Positions 17,090-25,958 of a stretch of 30,840 nt of DNA are shown here, in pieces (position 1 is the first letter of the stretch; the number at the start of each line of letters is the position of its first letter). Source of the stretch: a virus (Duplodnaviria > Caudoviricetes); the IMG/VR virus record IMGVR_UViG_3300042332_000905, positions 1-30,840 of that record. One strand, given 5' to 3'. The notes beneath the pieces are model-generated. The model had not been told where the DNA came from, did not search any database, and saw only the letters and a program-made list of their open reading frames with translations. Position numbers and translations under genes: made by a program.

Positions 17090-19819
17090 CTATTTTTTGC
17101 TATCATATTTATTTTTGTTTGCTAATGCAATCTGCAATTGTTTGTCTGCAATTTCTTTACGTGTCTGTATTTCTTGACGCTTGATATCATTTGCAGATTG
17201 GTTCTCAATCATCCTGTTTGTCTCACGTTTTTCATTCATTAATTGGTTCTGTTGTCTTTCATTTCTTCTATCAAGATATTCAAGAGAATCAATATAATCA
17301 GATTGCTTGTTTTCATTAACATCTTTCATAGCACCATATCCTGCAGAACGTATCTCAGCAATTTTGATTTGTGCTTGTCTGTCTTTTTCAGCCTCATCAG
17401 CTTTGTATTGAAGCTCAGTTTGTTGTCTTTGGTTTTCACCTTCTTGACGTGTTTTCTCTGCTTCTTGAGCTGATTGAGCCTGTTGTTGTTGCTGTTGTTG
17501 TACTTTTTCCTCTACAGCTTTTAGGGTGTGGGTGATTTCAGCAAGAGATTCAGCTTTAACCAAGTTACCTAAATCATAGATAGAAGCACCTGATGTATTA
17601 TTGTTAAGAGCAAGTTGTCTAATTTGCTCCATAATTTGACGCTGATTAACTTTTGTGGAAATAAATATGTTAAGATCTCTAGCTAATAATTCAGTACCAT
17701 TAATTTCAAAGTTTACTTTTTCATCCATAGATGTTACATACTGTAATCTAGCACTAGGTTTTTTAGAATAATAATATTGTGCAAGATCAGTTCGCATCTG
17801 GTGAACTCTTGGCATTAAATATTCTGAGTGTTGTGTAAAGTAAACCTCTGTCTGAGAATAACTTTGATTGATTGCTTGTTCTATACCTTGTGCAGTTTCT
17901 TGTGCATTAACAGCACCAAGACGTTGTGCAGATATACCAATTGATTCAAAACACTGTTGTTTAAAGTGATTTGCTAATTGTATTCTTGACATCAATCTAT
18001 TTGTTTGCTCAAGGTTTAATACCTGATAATGCTGGAAGTTTAATGCATTTTCTGTATTTGTGATTGAAGTATCTAAGGCCAACATACCAAAATTCTTCAT
18101 TGCAACATAAGCTTTTCCTAAATTTCCTTGTCCCCAATCTTCACCCATAGAATGTCTTGGTAAAGCATTTTGGTCTAACATGATTATAGTACCTAACTCA
18201 TCTATCAGAATATCAGCAATTTGGTTATTTACTAAGTTGTATCCAATTTGATAAGGTTTCATTTTATCTACAAGAGATCTTGATTTAGTATTTCTATCTG
18301 AGAATACAGCACCTTCAATTGGCAACTTAGAACCATACAATGTAAAGTCTCCTTTAAATTGGAACTTAGTTGGACCTACATTTAAGTATATTGGAGAAAA
18401 GTTGAGATTATCTGTGTTACCATAAAAAGTTGGTCTGTTAGGACCAATCTTAACACCACCCCATACGTGGTTGATCCAAATCCAGTCAATGTGTTCTCCA
18501 TAAGTTAAAGTTTCTCTAGATTTTGTTTTTAATACAGATGTATCATATTCTGGTTTATTTGTAACCTTATAATTTTCATCTACTATCAAGTCAGTCAACA
18601 TTCCAAAATCATCAATCTTGGTCAAGTGACCAACTTTTCTTTGTGATTTCCAATAACAAGTTGTTACTCTTAATAATCCACTGTTATCAAAATCAACTAA
18701 GTCTTCAGACTCAGTAAGTATTTTTAATATGATGTCATCACCATACCCATTTGTTGTATCTCTATAAGATGTAAATTGACGCATTCCAAGAGAAGGACCA
18801 TCAACATTCCATTCATGAGAACGTGTAGCATCATAGAATGAACCATCATTTTGAGTACCTGGAAGAATATACCCTGCAGATTTAACTGGATATATTGCTT
18901 CTAAGCTCTTTAATTGGTCAGCATTCATTGCGTATCCATATTTATCAATAACATCAGCAGGAGTCATTAAATCAATCTTTCCTCCCCAATTTGACTGTGA
19001 TACGTATCTTGCTCCAGGAGACTTATGATAGAAAGTTAAAACAGGGTTCCAAACTTCTAACTCATAGTCATCTTCTAGCATGTTTAAATGCCAAAACTCT
19101 CTATCTGTAATTAAACTATCTCTAAATGCCATTGCTTCTAACTCACGCATGTGAAATCTTTCTTCATCAACTCTGTGTAAGTGAGTAGCCCATTCTTCTA
19201 TCATAGAACGATATGACTTCTTAAAGAACTCTTCTATTTCTGGTAATGTCTTCAAACTATCTTGAGACATCATTTGTTCTATTTGCTTTGCTTGTTCTTG
19301 GTCTTGTGGATTTAACCCCATTGACTCAATCTGCATTTGCATTTTCTTTTCAGCTTGTGCAAGTAGGACTTGTTCTACCATTGCACGCTTTTCTTCTAAC
19401 ATCTCATTGTAAGATGTTTCATCTACAGATCTATATGTGATTTTATCATTACGCTTTGCAAACTCTCCAACCATTACATTTACAATGTTTGGTATAATTG
19501 GAAAGAATTTTAATTCAAATGCAGATTCATCTTCTTTTGTTAGAACATCTACAAGTTCTGCCATATCATTATCCTCTTCTACAATGTAGTCTGTCTTATC
19601 AATGATACCAGAAGCTAGTTTATAATTTTTTAGCAATCTGCGTGCATTACGTCTGATTTGCTTAAGACCTTGCATCTCAAACCAATCCATATTCCATGCT
19701 CCCCAAGCTTCATCCTTATCCTTTGCTGGTAAAAACTGAACAGGTTGAGTAAATGTACCCATCTTGTTATAATCAGCTTTAGCTCCATTTTTTAATTGTA
19801 GTGCGTTAAAAACTTGCAT
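17090..19819 (-). CDS. Portal protein
   Basis: 909 aa directly after terminase. FPIIPNIVNVMVGEFAKR and SLVDKMKPYQIGYNLVNNQI motifs. Long Gln-rich C-terminal coiled coil (P22/crAss-like barrel). Confidence 0.88.
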   Translation of the reverse strand: MQVFNALQLKNGAKADYNKMGTFTQPVQFLPAKDKDEAWGAWNMDWFEMQGLKQIRRNARRLLKNYKLASGIIDKTDYIVEEDNDMAELVDVLTKEDESAFELKFFPIIPNIVNVMVGEFAKRNDKITYRSVDETSYNEMLEEKRAMVEQVLLAQAEKKMQMQIESMGLNPQDQEQAKQIEQMMSQDSLKTLPEIEEFFKKSYRSMIEEWATHLHRVDEERFHMRELEAMAFRDSLITDREFWHLNMLEDDYELEVWNPVLTFYHKSPGARYVSQSNWGGKIDLMTPADVIDKYGYAMNADQLKSLEAIYPVKSAGYILPGTQNDGSFYDATRSHEWNVDGPSLGMRQFTSYRDTTNGYGDDIILKILTESEDLVDFDNSGLLRVTTCYWKSQRKVGHLTKIDDFGMLTDLIVDENYKVTNKPEYDTSVLKTKSRETLTYGEHIDWIWINHVWGGVKIGPNRPTFYGNTDNLNFSPIYLNVGPTKFQFKGDFTLYGSKLPIEGAVFSDRNTKSRSLVDKMKPYQIGYNLVNNQIADILIDELGTIIMLDQNALPRHSMGEDWGQGNLGKAYVAMKNFGMLALDTSITNTENALNFQHYQVLNLEQTNRLMSRIQLANHFKQQCFESIGISAQRLGAVNAQETAQGIEQAINQSYSQTEVYFTQHSEYLMPRVHQMRTDLAQYYYSKKPSARLQYVTSMDEKVNFEINGTELLARDLNIFISTKVNQRQIMEQIRQLALNNNTSGASIYDLGNLVKAESLAEITHTLKAVEEKVQQQQQQQAQSAQEAEKTRQEGENQRQQTELQYKADEAEKDRQAQIKIAEIRSAGYGAMKDVNENKQSDYIDSLEYLDRRNERQQNQLMNEKRETNRMIENQSANDIKRQEIQTRKEIADKQLQIALANKNKYDSKK

Positions 19820-19820
19820 A

Positions 19821-22031
19821 TCATCTTATATTTTTAAATGCATTCCTTGGTTTCTTATTCAGGTTAGTATTTGTTTGTGTCTGCATACCAACATGACGAA
19901 AAGGATTCATAAATAAATTACTATTTTTATTTCTATTTTGCAACTGTTCAGCTTCTGATTCTACGCGTTTTGTAAAACCTCTATTAGATTCCTGTACTTT
20001 TGCAAAAGCTACCAAAGCACAAAAAGCTACAAGTCTATCCACGTTGAGTCCATCTCTGTACGCTTGCATTTCTTTTAAAAGCATTATGTCAGGTATTCTT
20101 TCTACACCAAAGGTAACTTTAATAATTTCACCATCAGCTTTTGTCTGAACATCTAACTCTTCTTCAAGGAACTGTATAGCATATGACACTAGATTAGCTT
20201 TAAATAAAGTACCTGTATTCTTCCAACCATATTCCTGAAAGACATTAGTATTACTTTTAAGTTCTTTCAAAAACATTATCTGATCTTTAGGTACAAGATA
20301 CTTTTGCTTTCTCCTTGAAATCATATACTGTATAAACAAATGTACGTTGTTTTCTACAATTGTCCACGCATTGTAGTACTCAATTATTAGCTCAAGTCTT
20401 TCATGCGTTTTTTTAAGGTCATCAAATCTACCACACCAAGATGCTACAATTTTGTCTCTTTCTATTCTAGATTCTATTTGTCCATCATCTTTATGATAAG
20501 TAACTTCCTGCATTGTTTTGTAAACATATATAGAACACAATGATTCTGAGGTAGTTGTCTTACCTTCAGAAACAGGGTCAATAGATGCATAGTACATTCC
20601 AAATTTTGGATTCTTAATAGGTTTCTCATAAATCACAATAACTCCTTCTTTGTCTTGAGTTTTTGGTGATATAGGAAATTCCATTATAGGAACCTTTCTT
20701 GATATTTTAGATGTGATTACATATTTACCATCAACTTCATCTCTTATCAAATCTACATATTCTGTAGGGTATTCTTTATCTTCAATTCTACGTATTTGCT
20801 GTGCTACAAGATGCTCAGGGAATCTAGCTTCTTTTCTATAATCAAAAGCCTCTTTAATATTCATTGGCTTTTGAGAAATACGTAGTCTATAATCTTCAGG
20901 TTTAAGTTTCTTCTTCCAGTCTTCTCTTTCTTTAATCATCATATCTATAGCAATCTCTACTTGAGAATTACCATAGTCATCAATACAAGGAAGCATTGAC
21001 CATTGTTCTGGAATAAATAATCCACACAATCCTTTTGTACCATGCTCATCTAACAATTCTGTTTCAACAGCATATACATCTTTTGCATCAGGATTCATGA
21101 TCATATCTTTTAGTGGTTCACATTGATCCAAGTCACCCACAGATCCTGCAACCACAAACATACCTGTATACACCATACCTGATTTCATTGCAGGTAACAA
21201 GTACTCTATAGTAGTATTCATCTTAGGAGCAATTCCTGCTTCCTCATGGAAAAACAAAGTACAAGGACCCCCTACACCATTTGTTGGATCTTTGTCTAAT
21301 ACAACACCCATAAGGGCTGATTTTAAACCAATATCTGTTTTTCTTCCTCCTTGTGTAACCTCTGCTTTTTGTTCCCAGTTAAGTACCTTATCTGGATTAC
21401 ATGGTCTATACCATGCAGTATGTTTATTTAGGAAGTTTCTATATTCTTCTAAGAAACGCCATGTTCCTTTCTCATTGATATAATCTTTTAGGGAACCAGC
21501 CATTTTAGAAACAGAACCTTCTTCAAACCAAAATAAGTTTATGATTTTACCAGCATGGTAATAAGAAGATGCTATCTGACGTTTCTTTAGGATTGCTGCG
21601 TGTTTGTTTGATAGTTGTGCTAACTCTTCATACAATGACATGTGGTATTGTGCATCACGCACATCAGCAAATGTAAACTTGTTAACCTCTTTGTTATAGA
21701 TAGGTAGAAAGTTTAACCACATGTAATAATCTCTTGGCAAGTACCAAGTTTTTTCTTTGTGCTTTATCAGCACACCACTTCTACATTTTATTTTTTGATC
21801 ATTCCAGTATTCTACAAAGTCCTTTGATCTTTCTGGAGCAATGCAATATACTCTTGTTTTATTGAACATTCTTCCTTGCTCATTAAACATCTCAGAACTT
21901 TCATCAAACTCATATTTACCAGGTTCTTTGAATAAAGGCAAAAGATAATCAAGTAATTCAGCTTTTGTAGCAAAGCTGGTTATTGACCAAGTCTTGGTTT
22001 CATATGTATATGTAGGTATTTCTCTAAACAT
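19821..22031 (-). CDS. terL: Terminase large subunit
   Basis: Walker A region ILKKRQIASSY, Walker B LFFHEEAG, coupling motif VAGSVG, nuclease SIDPV...IVENN...DRLVAF. Start moved to ATG 22031 (MFREIP, 736 aa), 2 nt after the upstream stop. Confidence 0.93.
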   Translation of the reverse strand: MFREIPTYTYETKTWSITSFATKAELLDYLLPLFKEPGKYEFDESSEMFNEQGRMFNKTRVYCIAPERSKDFVEYWNDQKIKCRSGVLIKHKEKTWYLPRDYYMWLNFLPIYNKEVNKFTFADVRDAQYHMSLYEELAQLSNKHAAILKKRQIASSYYHAGKIINLFWFEEGSVSKMAGSLKDYINEKGTWRFLEEYRNFLNKHTAWYRPCNPDKVLNWEQKAEVTQGGRKTDIGLKSALMGVVLDKDPTNGVGGPCTLFFHEEAGIAPKMNTTIEYLLPAMKSGMVYTGMFVVAGSVGDLDQCEPLKDMIMNPDAKDVYAVETELLDEHGTKGLCGLFIPEQWSMLPCIDDYGNSQVEIAIDMMIKEREDWKKKLKPEDYRLRISQKPMNIKEAFDYRKEARFPEHLVAQQIRRIEDKEYPTEYVDLIRDEVDGKYVITSKISRKVPIMEFPISPKTQDKEGVIVIYEKPIKNPKFGMYYASIDPVSEGKTTTSESLCSIYVYKTMQEVTYHKDDGQIESRIERDKIVASWCGRFDDLKKTHERLELIIEYYNAWTIVENNVHLFIQYMISRRKQKYLVPKDQIMFLKELKSNTNVFQEYGWKNTGTLFKANLVSYAIQFLEEELDVQTKADGEIIKVTFGVERIPDIMLLKEMQAYRDGLNVDRLVAFCALVAFAKVQESNRGFTKRVESEAEQLQNRNKNSNLFMNPFRHVGMQTQTNTNLNKKPRNAFKNIR

Positions 22032-22033
22032 AA

Positions 22034-22201
22034 CTATACGTTTCTTACTATTAAAGTAACGGTTCTTGCATCTGCAAGATTCCATGCAACACCCATTACT
22101 GTGTATGCATCCTTACCTAATTTTATAATATCTTGTCTTCTAGGGACTTGTGTCATATTTCTTTGAAGTATGACTTCACCACCTACATGTCTTATTTGCA
22201 C
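22034..22201 (-). CDS. Small beta-rich hypothetical protein (~55 aa from GTG), or frameshifted extension of the upstream gene
   Basis: VQIRHVGGEVILQRNMTQVPRRQDIIKLGKDAYTVMGVAWNLADARTVTLIVRNV fills the gap before terL. No ATG near the 5' end of the gap. Confidence 0.55.
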   Translation of the reverse strand: MQIRHVGGEVILQRNMTQVPRRQDIIKLGKDAYTVMGVAWNLADARTVTLIVRNV

Positions 22202-22208
22202 AATATAG

Positions 22209-22724
22209 TTAAAACTGGTCGTATGCAAGGTTTTGTCCTCCTCTAACTTGGCTTTTTTGTTCTTCCATAATGTCTTTATGCGCCCCTTTAAATGAGCTAC
22301 GTATTGCTTCAAATTTTGCTGCTGCATTGACCAACGCTGTAATGTTTCCATCTCTACCATGAGTTATTGCGGTTGTTTCCATATAGTCACCTAATCTGTC
22401 TAGCATGGATTTAATACCCATGTATGCTCTGTATGTAGGTGTTTCATACAATTTTCTGCAAAAATTTAAAGCATTAACAATCTCATCATCTTCTGTAGAG
22501 AACTCTGCTTCAAGTTGTGCTAAGATTAAATCTTCTTTCTCATGTTCCTTGACATCAAAGAAAGGATTTAAATCTGGATTTGGGCATGTCATATAAAACA
22601 AGTAACTGTAGATTTTCATAAAATCTTCAGGATACTCATCCATAATCCTTTTGAGCACTATCAAGTTATGACAATGCTCAGTAGGAACTATGACATTATT
22701 TTGTAAATCAAATAACTTAATCAT
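22209..22724 (-). CDS. Helical protein upstream of terL, candidate terminase small subunit
   Basis: 171 aa. N-terminal globular part plus C-terminal helices ending VRGGQNLAYDQF. Assignment rests on position only. Confidence 0.5.
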   Translation of the reverse strand: MIKLFDLQNNVIVPTEHCHNLIVLKRIMDEYPEDFMKIYSYLFYMTCPNPDLNPFFDVKEHEKEDLILAQLEAEFSTEDDEIVNALNFCRKLYETPTYRAYMGIKSMLDRLGDYMETTAITHGRDGNITALVNAAAKFEAIRSSFKGAHKDIMEEQKSQVRGGQNLAYDQF

Positions 22725-23571
22725 TTTTTTTCTTTTTAGAGTAATTAATCAACTCATGTTTGTTGAATTTCAACCAGCTAAACAAAGAGTGAACTTCCTC
22801 TTTCAAGTATGGTAATTGATATTGTATTACATCTTTTACCACAGGTTCTCCATCATCAGTTCTTTTAGTGATAGGATAACCAAATTCATCTTCTCCTTCT
22901 GTTTCAAACACTACATGTTGTAATATAAGACTACCAGGTTTTAGTTTTGGATTGTGTTTGATAATCATATACATGTAAATACTTAACTGTAAAGCATAAT
23001 GAAAATAATTACAGTCATCCAAATGTGATATAGGGTCTCCCATTTTTTGTGATAGTCCTTCCCAGTTTACAAATGAACTTGTCTTAATTTCCTTATTTGT
23101 CTTATAATCAAGTATATGCACACAACCATTAGCAATTTCTACTAAATCTGATTGTCCACAGATGCCTGCTGTTTTCAAATATACCAAATGTTCTGGATAA
23201 ATGCCATCATCCAGTTTCTGAGAACTAGCAGTTTTAACACCTTTTTCATCTACATTTGGAGCAAACACGCCTAGGTCTACACCATGTCTGTTTAAAGTTT
23301 CACACTCCAGTAAATCTGCTTCTCTCTGATTGTGATACCAAGTACCTAAATCAGTAGCACGCTTAGACTCATTGTTCCAAGTTGTAATGATTTGCTCTGG
23401 TGTCATGCCATACCACTTAGACTTTTTGTTTTTAGAAACTTTCTCAGCCACCTTTTTAGAATCAAAAGGTTGTTTAAAATAAGATACTAGGGTTGTTACA
23501 CTTATCCAATCTATTTTTTCTGATTTGTCTATAGACTCATACAAGTGATTATCTGGGTGAAATACTAACAT
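22717..23571 (-). CDS. PD-(D/E)XK (RecB-like) nuclease
   Basis: SVTTLV, GTWYH, PEHLVY, GQSDLV, ILDYKTNK, YALQLSIY motifs. Confidence 0.88.
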   Translation of the reverse strand: MLVFHPDNHLYESIDKSEKIDWISVTTLVSYFKQPFDSKKVAEKVSKNKKSKWYGMTPEQIITTWNNESKRATDLGTWYHNQREADLLECETLNRHGVDLGVFAPNVDEKGVKTASSQKLDDGIYPEHLVYLKTAGICGQSDLVEIANGCVHILDYKTNKEIKTSSFVNWEGLSQKMGDPISHLDDCNYFHYALQLSIYMYMIIKHNPKLKPGSLILQHVVFETEGEDEFGYPITKRTDDGEPVVKDVIQYQLPYLKEEVHSLFSWLKFNKHELINYSKKKKND

Positions 23572-23575
23572 GGGA

Positions 23576-23881
23576 TTAATTATTTAAGCTATTAATAATT
23601 GCGTCTTCTTCTTCTTGCGTTGTAATTGCGGTCCAATGTCCTTTTGGACATTCTGATGCTAATGATCTAGTCTTAAAAGACAACTTGCATCCACATTCTC
23701 CACAACAAGGTTGTGTACCTACCACATAACACTTAGATCCTTCATTGTCAATGTAAGGACACTTGTTGCAAATATCCATACGAAGAGATGCAATCTCCTC
23801 AATATGCTCTTGCTTAAAGACACTATTCTTGATACCTTCAAAAATCTTACCCTTATCTTTCCAAAGTTTAATTAAGCTCAT
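23576..23881 (-). CDS. Cys-rich Zn-binding protein
   Basis: RMDICNKCP...C...CCGECGC.L..KTRSLASECPKGHW. Start moved to ATG 23881 (101 aa) to remove a long overlap. Confidence 0.75.
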   Translation of the reverse strand: MSLIKLWKDKGKIFEGIKNSVFKQEHIEEIASLRMDICNKCPYIDNEGSKCYVVGTQPCCGECGCKLSFKTRSLASECPKGHWTAITTQEEEDAIINSLNN

Positions 23882-24266
23882 TTTTTTGTTTTTTATAGTT
23901 ACGTTTTTCTTCTTCTTTTTGCAATCTTTTTTCATTTTCCTCATTAAAGTTAGCAAGTATTTTTTCAAATAATTGTAATTCATTCTTTAAATTGGAAATG
24001 TTTTTATACTCTTGAAAATTAGGTTCTTCTATCTTCTCAAGTTTTTCCAAAGCTTGCGTGTACATTTTGTGTTTTTCTATAAGCTTTTTGCGATTGACCA
24101 CAAATGTTCCTAATTTGTTTACATATATTCTAGTATGCTCCATTTCAACAAGCATCTTAAGTATATGCTTATAATAACTAGACATGATTTCATCTACAGT
24201 ATCACCTGATAGATTTAATCTGTCTGCTACTATTGCAGAAATTTGTTTACGCTTGACTGGTCTCAA
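23868..24266 (-). CDS. HU/IHF-like DNA-binding protein with C-terminal coiled coil
   Basis: KQISAIVADRLNLS...VDEIMSSYY..I...L......IYVNKLGTFVV matches the HU/IHF pattern. TTG start. Confidence 0.7.
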   Translation of the reverse strand: MRPVKRKQISAIVADRLNLSGDTVDEIMSSYYKHILKMLVEMEHTRIYVNKLGTFVVNRKKLIEKHKMYTQALEKLEKIEEPNFQEYKNISNLKNELQLFEKILANFNEENEKRLQKEEEKRNYKKQKNELN

Positions 24267-24642
24267 CTGATAAAAATTTATAATCCAATAACACGTTACC
24301 TTTACTATGTACAGTAATTGCAGTAGATAATTGTATCATCTTCTTATAAGTATCAGATTTTACAACTAGTTTACGCTTCTCAAGTTTTGTAAGTTTGTTT
24401 CTTACATTCTGAGATTTTACAGCAAATTCTTCTGGCTCTATGTCTTTGTGATTCTGTTTAACAATAAAGTTGCAAAACTTGGTTAAATCAATTGGGCCAG
24501 TAACCCCTAACCAAGTAAGCAATTCCAAATCATTATCTGCTATTTGCTCTTTTTTAAAAAACACAAGGTCAGTTATGAGCTGATACTTGACCAACTCATA
24601 ACGTGTTAACCTATACTTTTTTTCAATTTTTGTTACTTCCAT
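24247..24642 (-). CDS. Putative winged helix-turn-helix protein
   Basis: NDLELLTWL ... SQNVRNKLTKLEKRKLVVK resembles a wHTH recognition helix and wing. Confidence 0.55.
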   Translation of the reverse strand: MEVTKIEKKYRLTRYELVKYQLITDLVFFKKEQIADNDLELLTWLGVTGPIDLTKFCNFIVKQNHKDIEPEEFAVKSQNVRNKLTKLEKRKLVVKSDTYKKMIQLSTAITVHSKGNVLLDYKFLSVETSQA

Positions 24643-24997
24643 GAGAGAAATATTCTTTGCGAGTTCTAAGACCTGAGTCTTTAGGATATCTTCCTGTTAT
24701 TCTTCTTTCTGTTACAACCCCTTCTTCATTGAATGTTTCTACAATTATAGAGTTCTCAACTGTTGTTAATGCCTCAGCTAACGAGTAACTTCCATCAGGG
24801 TTCCTTTGTTGTGTGGTTACTTGGATTACCACATGATTACCACAAGGCATAGCTTTTGTAGATTTCATCCAACCCTCAGCCTCAGATGACGCTTTAGAAA
24901 TTAATCTAAACATATCACCATCTCCCCAGAATTGAATATCCTTTACATTTTTTCTAGCACCATTTGCAGTAGTGTTGTGTAGTGATTTACTTTCCAT
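24623..24997 (-). CDS. Conserved phage protein with GWMKSTKAM motif, candidate anti-defence protein
   Basis: 124 aa. FRLISKASSEAEGWMKSTKAM...VIQVTTQQRNPDGSYSLAEALT. Function suggested only by its neighbours. Confidence 0.6.
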   Translation of the reverse strand: MESKSLHNTTANGARKNVKDIQFWGDGDMFRLISKASSEAEGWMKSTKAMPCGNHVVIQVTTQQRNPDGSYSLAEALTTVENSIIVETFNEEGVVTERRITGRYPKDSGLRTRKEYFSHGSNKN

Positions 24998-25079
24998 AGG
25001 TTTTAGTTTTGATTATTGTTATGTGATGCACCCAAGATTTTAATGCTTCAATCTTAGATTTGTTGCTTGACTTGCTCAT
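24987..25079 (-). CDS. 30-aa basic microprotein, not in the ORF track
   Basis: MSKSSNKSKIEALKSWVHHITIIKTKTYGK*. Starts 4 nt after the upstream stop and overlaps the downstream ATG. Confidence 0.6.
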   Translation of the reverse strand: MSKSSNKSKIEALKSWVHHITIIKTKTYGK

Positions 25080-25083
25080 GATT

Positions 25084-25332
25084 TTAATATTTAAGGGTTA
25101 ATACTTTTACCACATTCATTTGAGCATTTAACACTTCGCCAATAGCGTGGTTATAAAGCTTGTCTGCTAATGGAGAAGAACCAAGATTTTTAGCTCTGTA
25201 TTCTTCTTCCAATAAATCTGCAGCTTTAGCAAATAATGCTTTTGCTTGTGCTACCTTGTCATCTGCTGAAGGATTGAAATTTAATCCTACTAATTGCTCT
25301 CCAAATGTTAGAGCTCTTGCTTCTACTTCCAT
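25084..25332 (-). CDS. Acb2/Tad1-like helical-hairpin protein, candidate cyclic-nucleotide sponge
   Basis: 82 aa. LTFGEQLVGLNFNPSADDKVAQAKALFAKAADLL...AIGEVLNAQMNVVKVLT. The two helices and the final A..E...AQM..VK..T helix recall the Acb2/Tad1 hairpin family (from memory). Confidence 0.6.
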   Translation of the reverse strand: MEVEARALTFGEQLVGLNFNPSADDKVAQAKALFAKAADLLEEEYRAKNLGSSPLADKLYNHAIGEVLNAQMNVVKVLTLKY

Positions 25333-25958
25333 TATTTTAATTTATTTAGGTTACGTAATCTTTCTAAAACATCATGGCTTGTGTGACCATCAAATTCATA
25401 TTTGGCTTTTGGCTCTTCAGGTATTTGGAATAAATCCCAGTCTTCAGCTTTATAATGATTTGTAATCATTCCATCTGGTAACATTGCTACTACAATAAAC
25501 CATCCACCACCAAAACAAAGTTTGCCATCATGGTGTTTCCAAGATTTATGCACATCATGCTTATGTGTGTAAAAAGGTCTTCCTTCTTTCCACCAGTGAG
25601 GATGTTGAGTTTTTTCTTTGGCCCACTCATTGAACAATGCTGCATTGTACATTTTTCTAAAATCATACAACTCATTGTACGTATGGTATCCATCAGAGAA
25701 CTCACCAATTTCAGATTCTGTTGCATAGGTCATTTCAAATATTTCTGGTTTGCAAGGATAGAACTCACCCTTTACACCTTTGATGATATAATCACCTTTG
25801 CTTGCACGCATAGATCCCTCAAGTGTATGGATAAATAAGCCATCACCTTTGAACTCATATTTTCTATCTGTACCTTGGCAAAATTCTGCAATGTCTAGCG
25901 AGTTATCACCAGTCCATTGCATTGCTTCAATCACTACAGGTTTTTTTGCGTATCTCAT
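25332..25958 (-). CDS. Two-domain fusion: PGDYG-like SH3-type phage domain plus WDGH-like His-rich domain
   Basis: N-terminal KKPVVIEAMQWTG...IHTLEG.M.AS.GDYIIKGVKGEFYPCKPEIFEMTY. C-terminal SDGYHTYNELY...KSWKHHDG...WFIV...NHY...WDLF...FDGHT..DVLERL. Confidence 0.7.
   Translation of the reverse strand: MRYAKKPVVIEAMQWTGDNSLDIAEFCQGTDRKYEFKGDGLFIHTLEGSMRASKGDYIIKGVKGEFYPCKPEIFEMTYATESEIGEFSDGYHTYNELYDFRKMYNAALFNEWAKEKTQHPHWWKEGRPFYTHKHDVHKSWKHHDGKLCFGGGWFIVVAMLPDGMITNHYKAEDWDLFQIPEEPKAKYEFDGHTSHDVLERLRNLNKLK

Noticed and set aside
17470-17500. CAA/CAG microsatellite as a phase-variation tract
   Set aside because: In-frame poly-Gln in the portal coiled coil. Triplet slippage would not switch expression.
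14069-22031. Introns or inteins in terL, portal or MCP
   Set aside because: ORFs are continuous, sizes fit crAss-like homologs, and no intein or homing-endonuclease motifs were seen.
22717-23571. Cas4 as part of a CRISPR adaptation module
   Set aside because: Lacks the four-Cys Fe-S pattern of Cas4. A stand-alone PD-(D/E)XK nuclease near terminase is usual in crAss-like phages.
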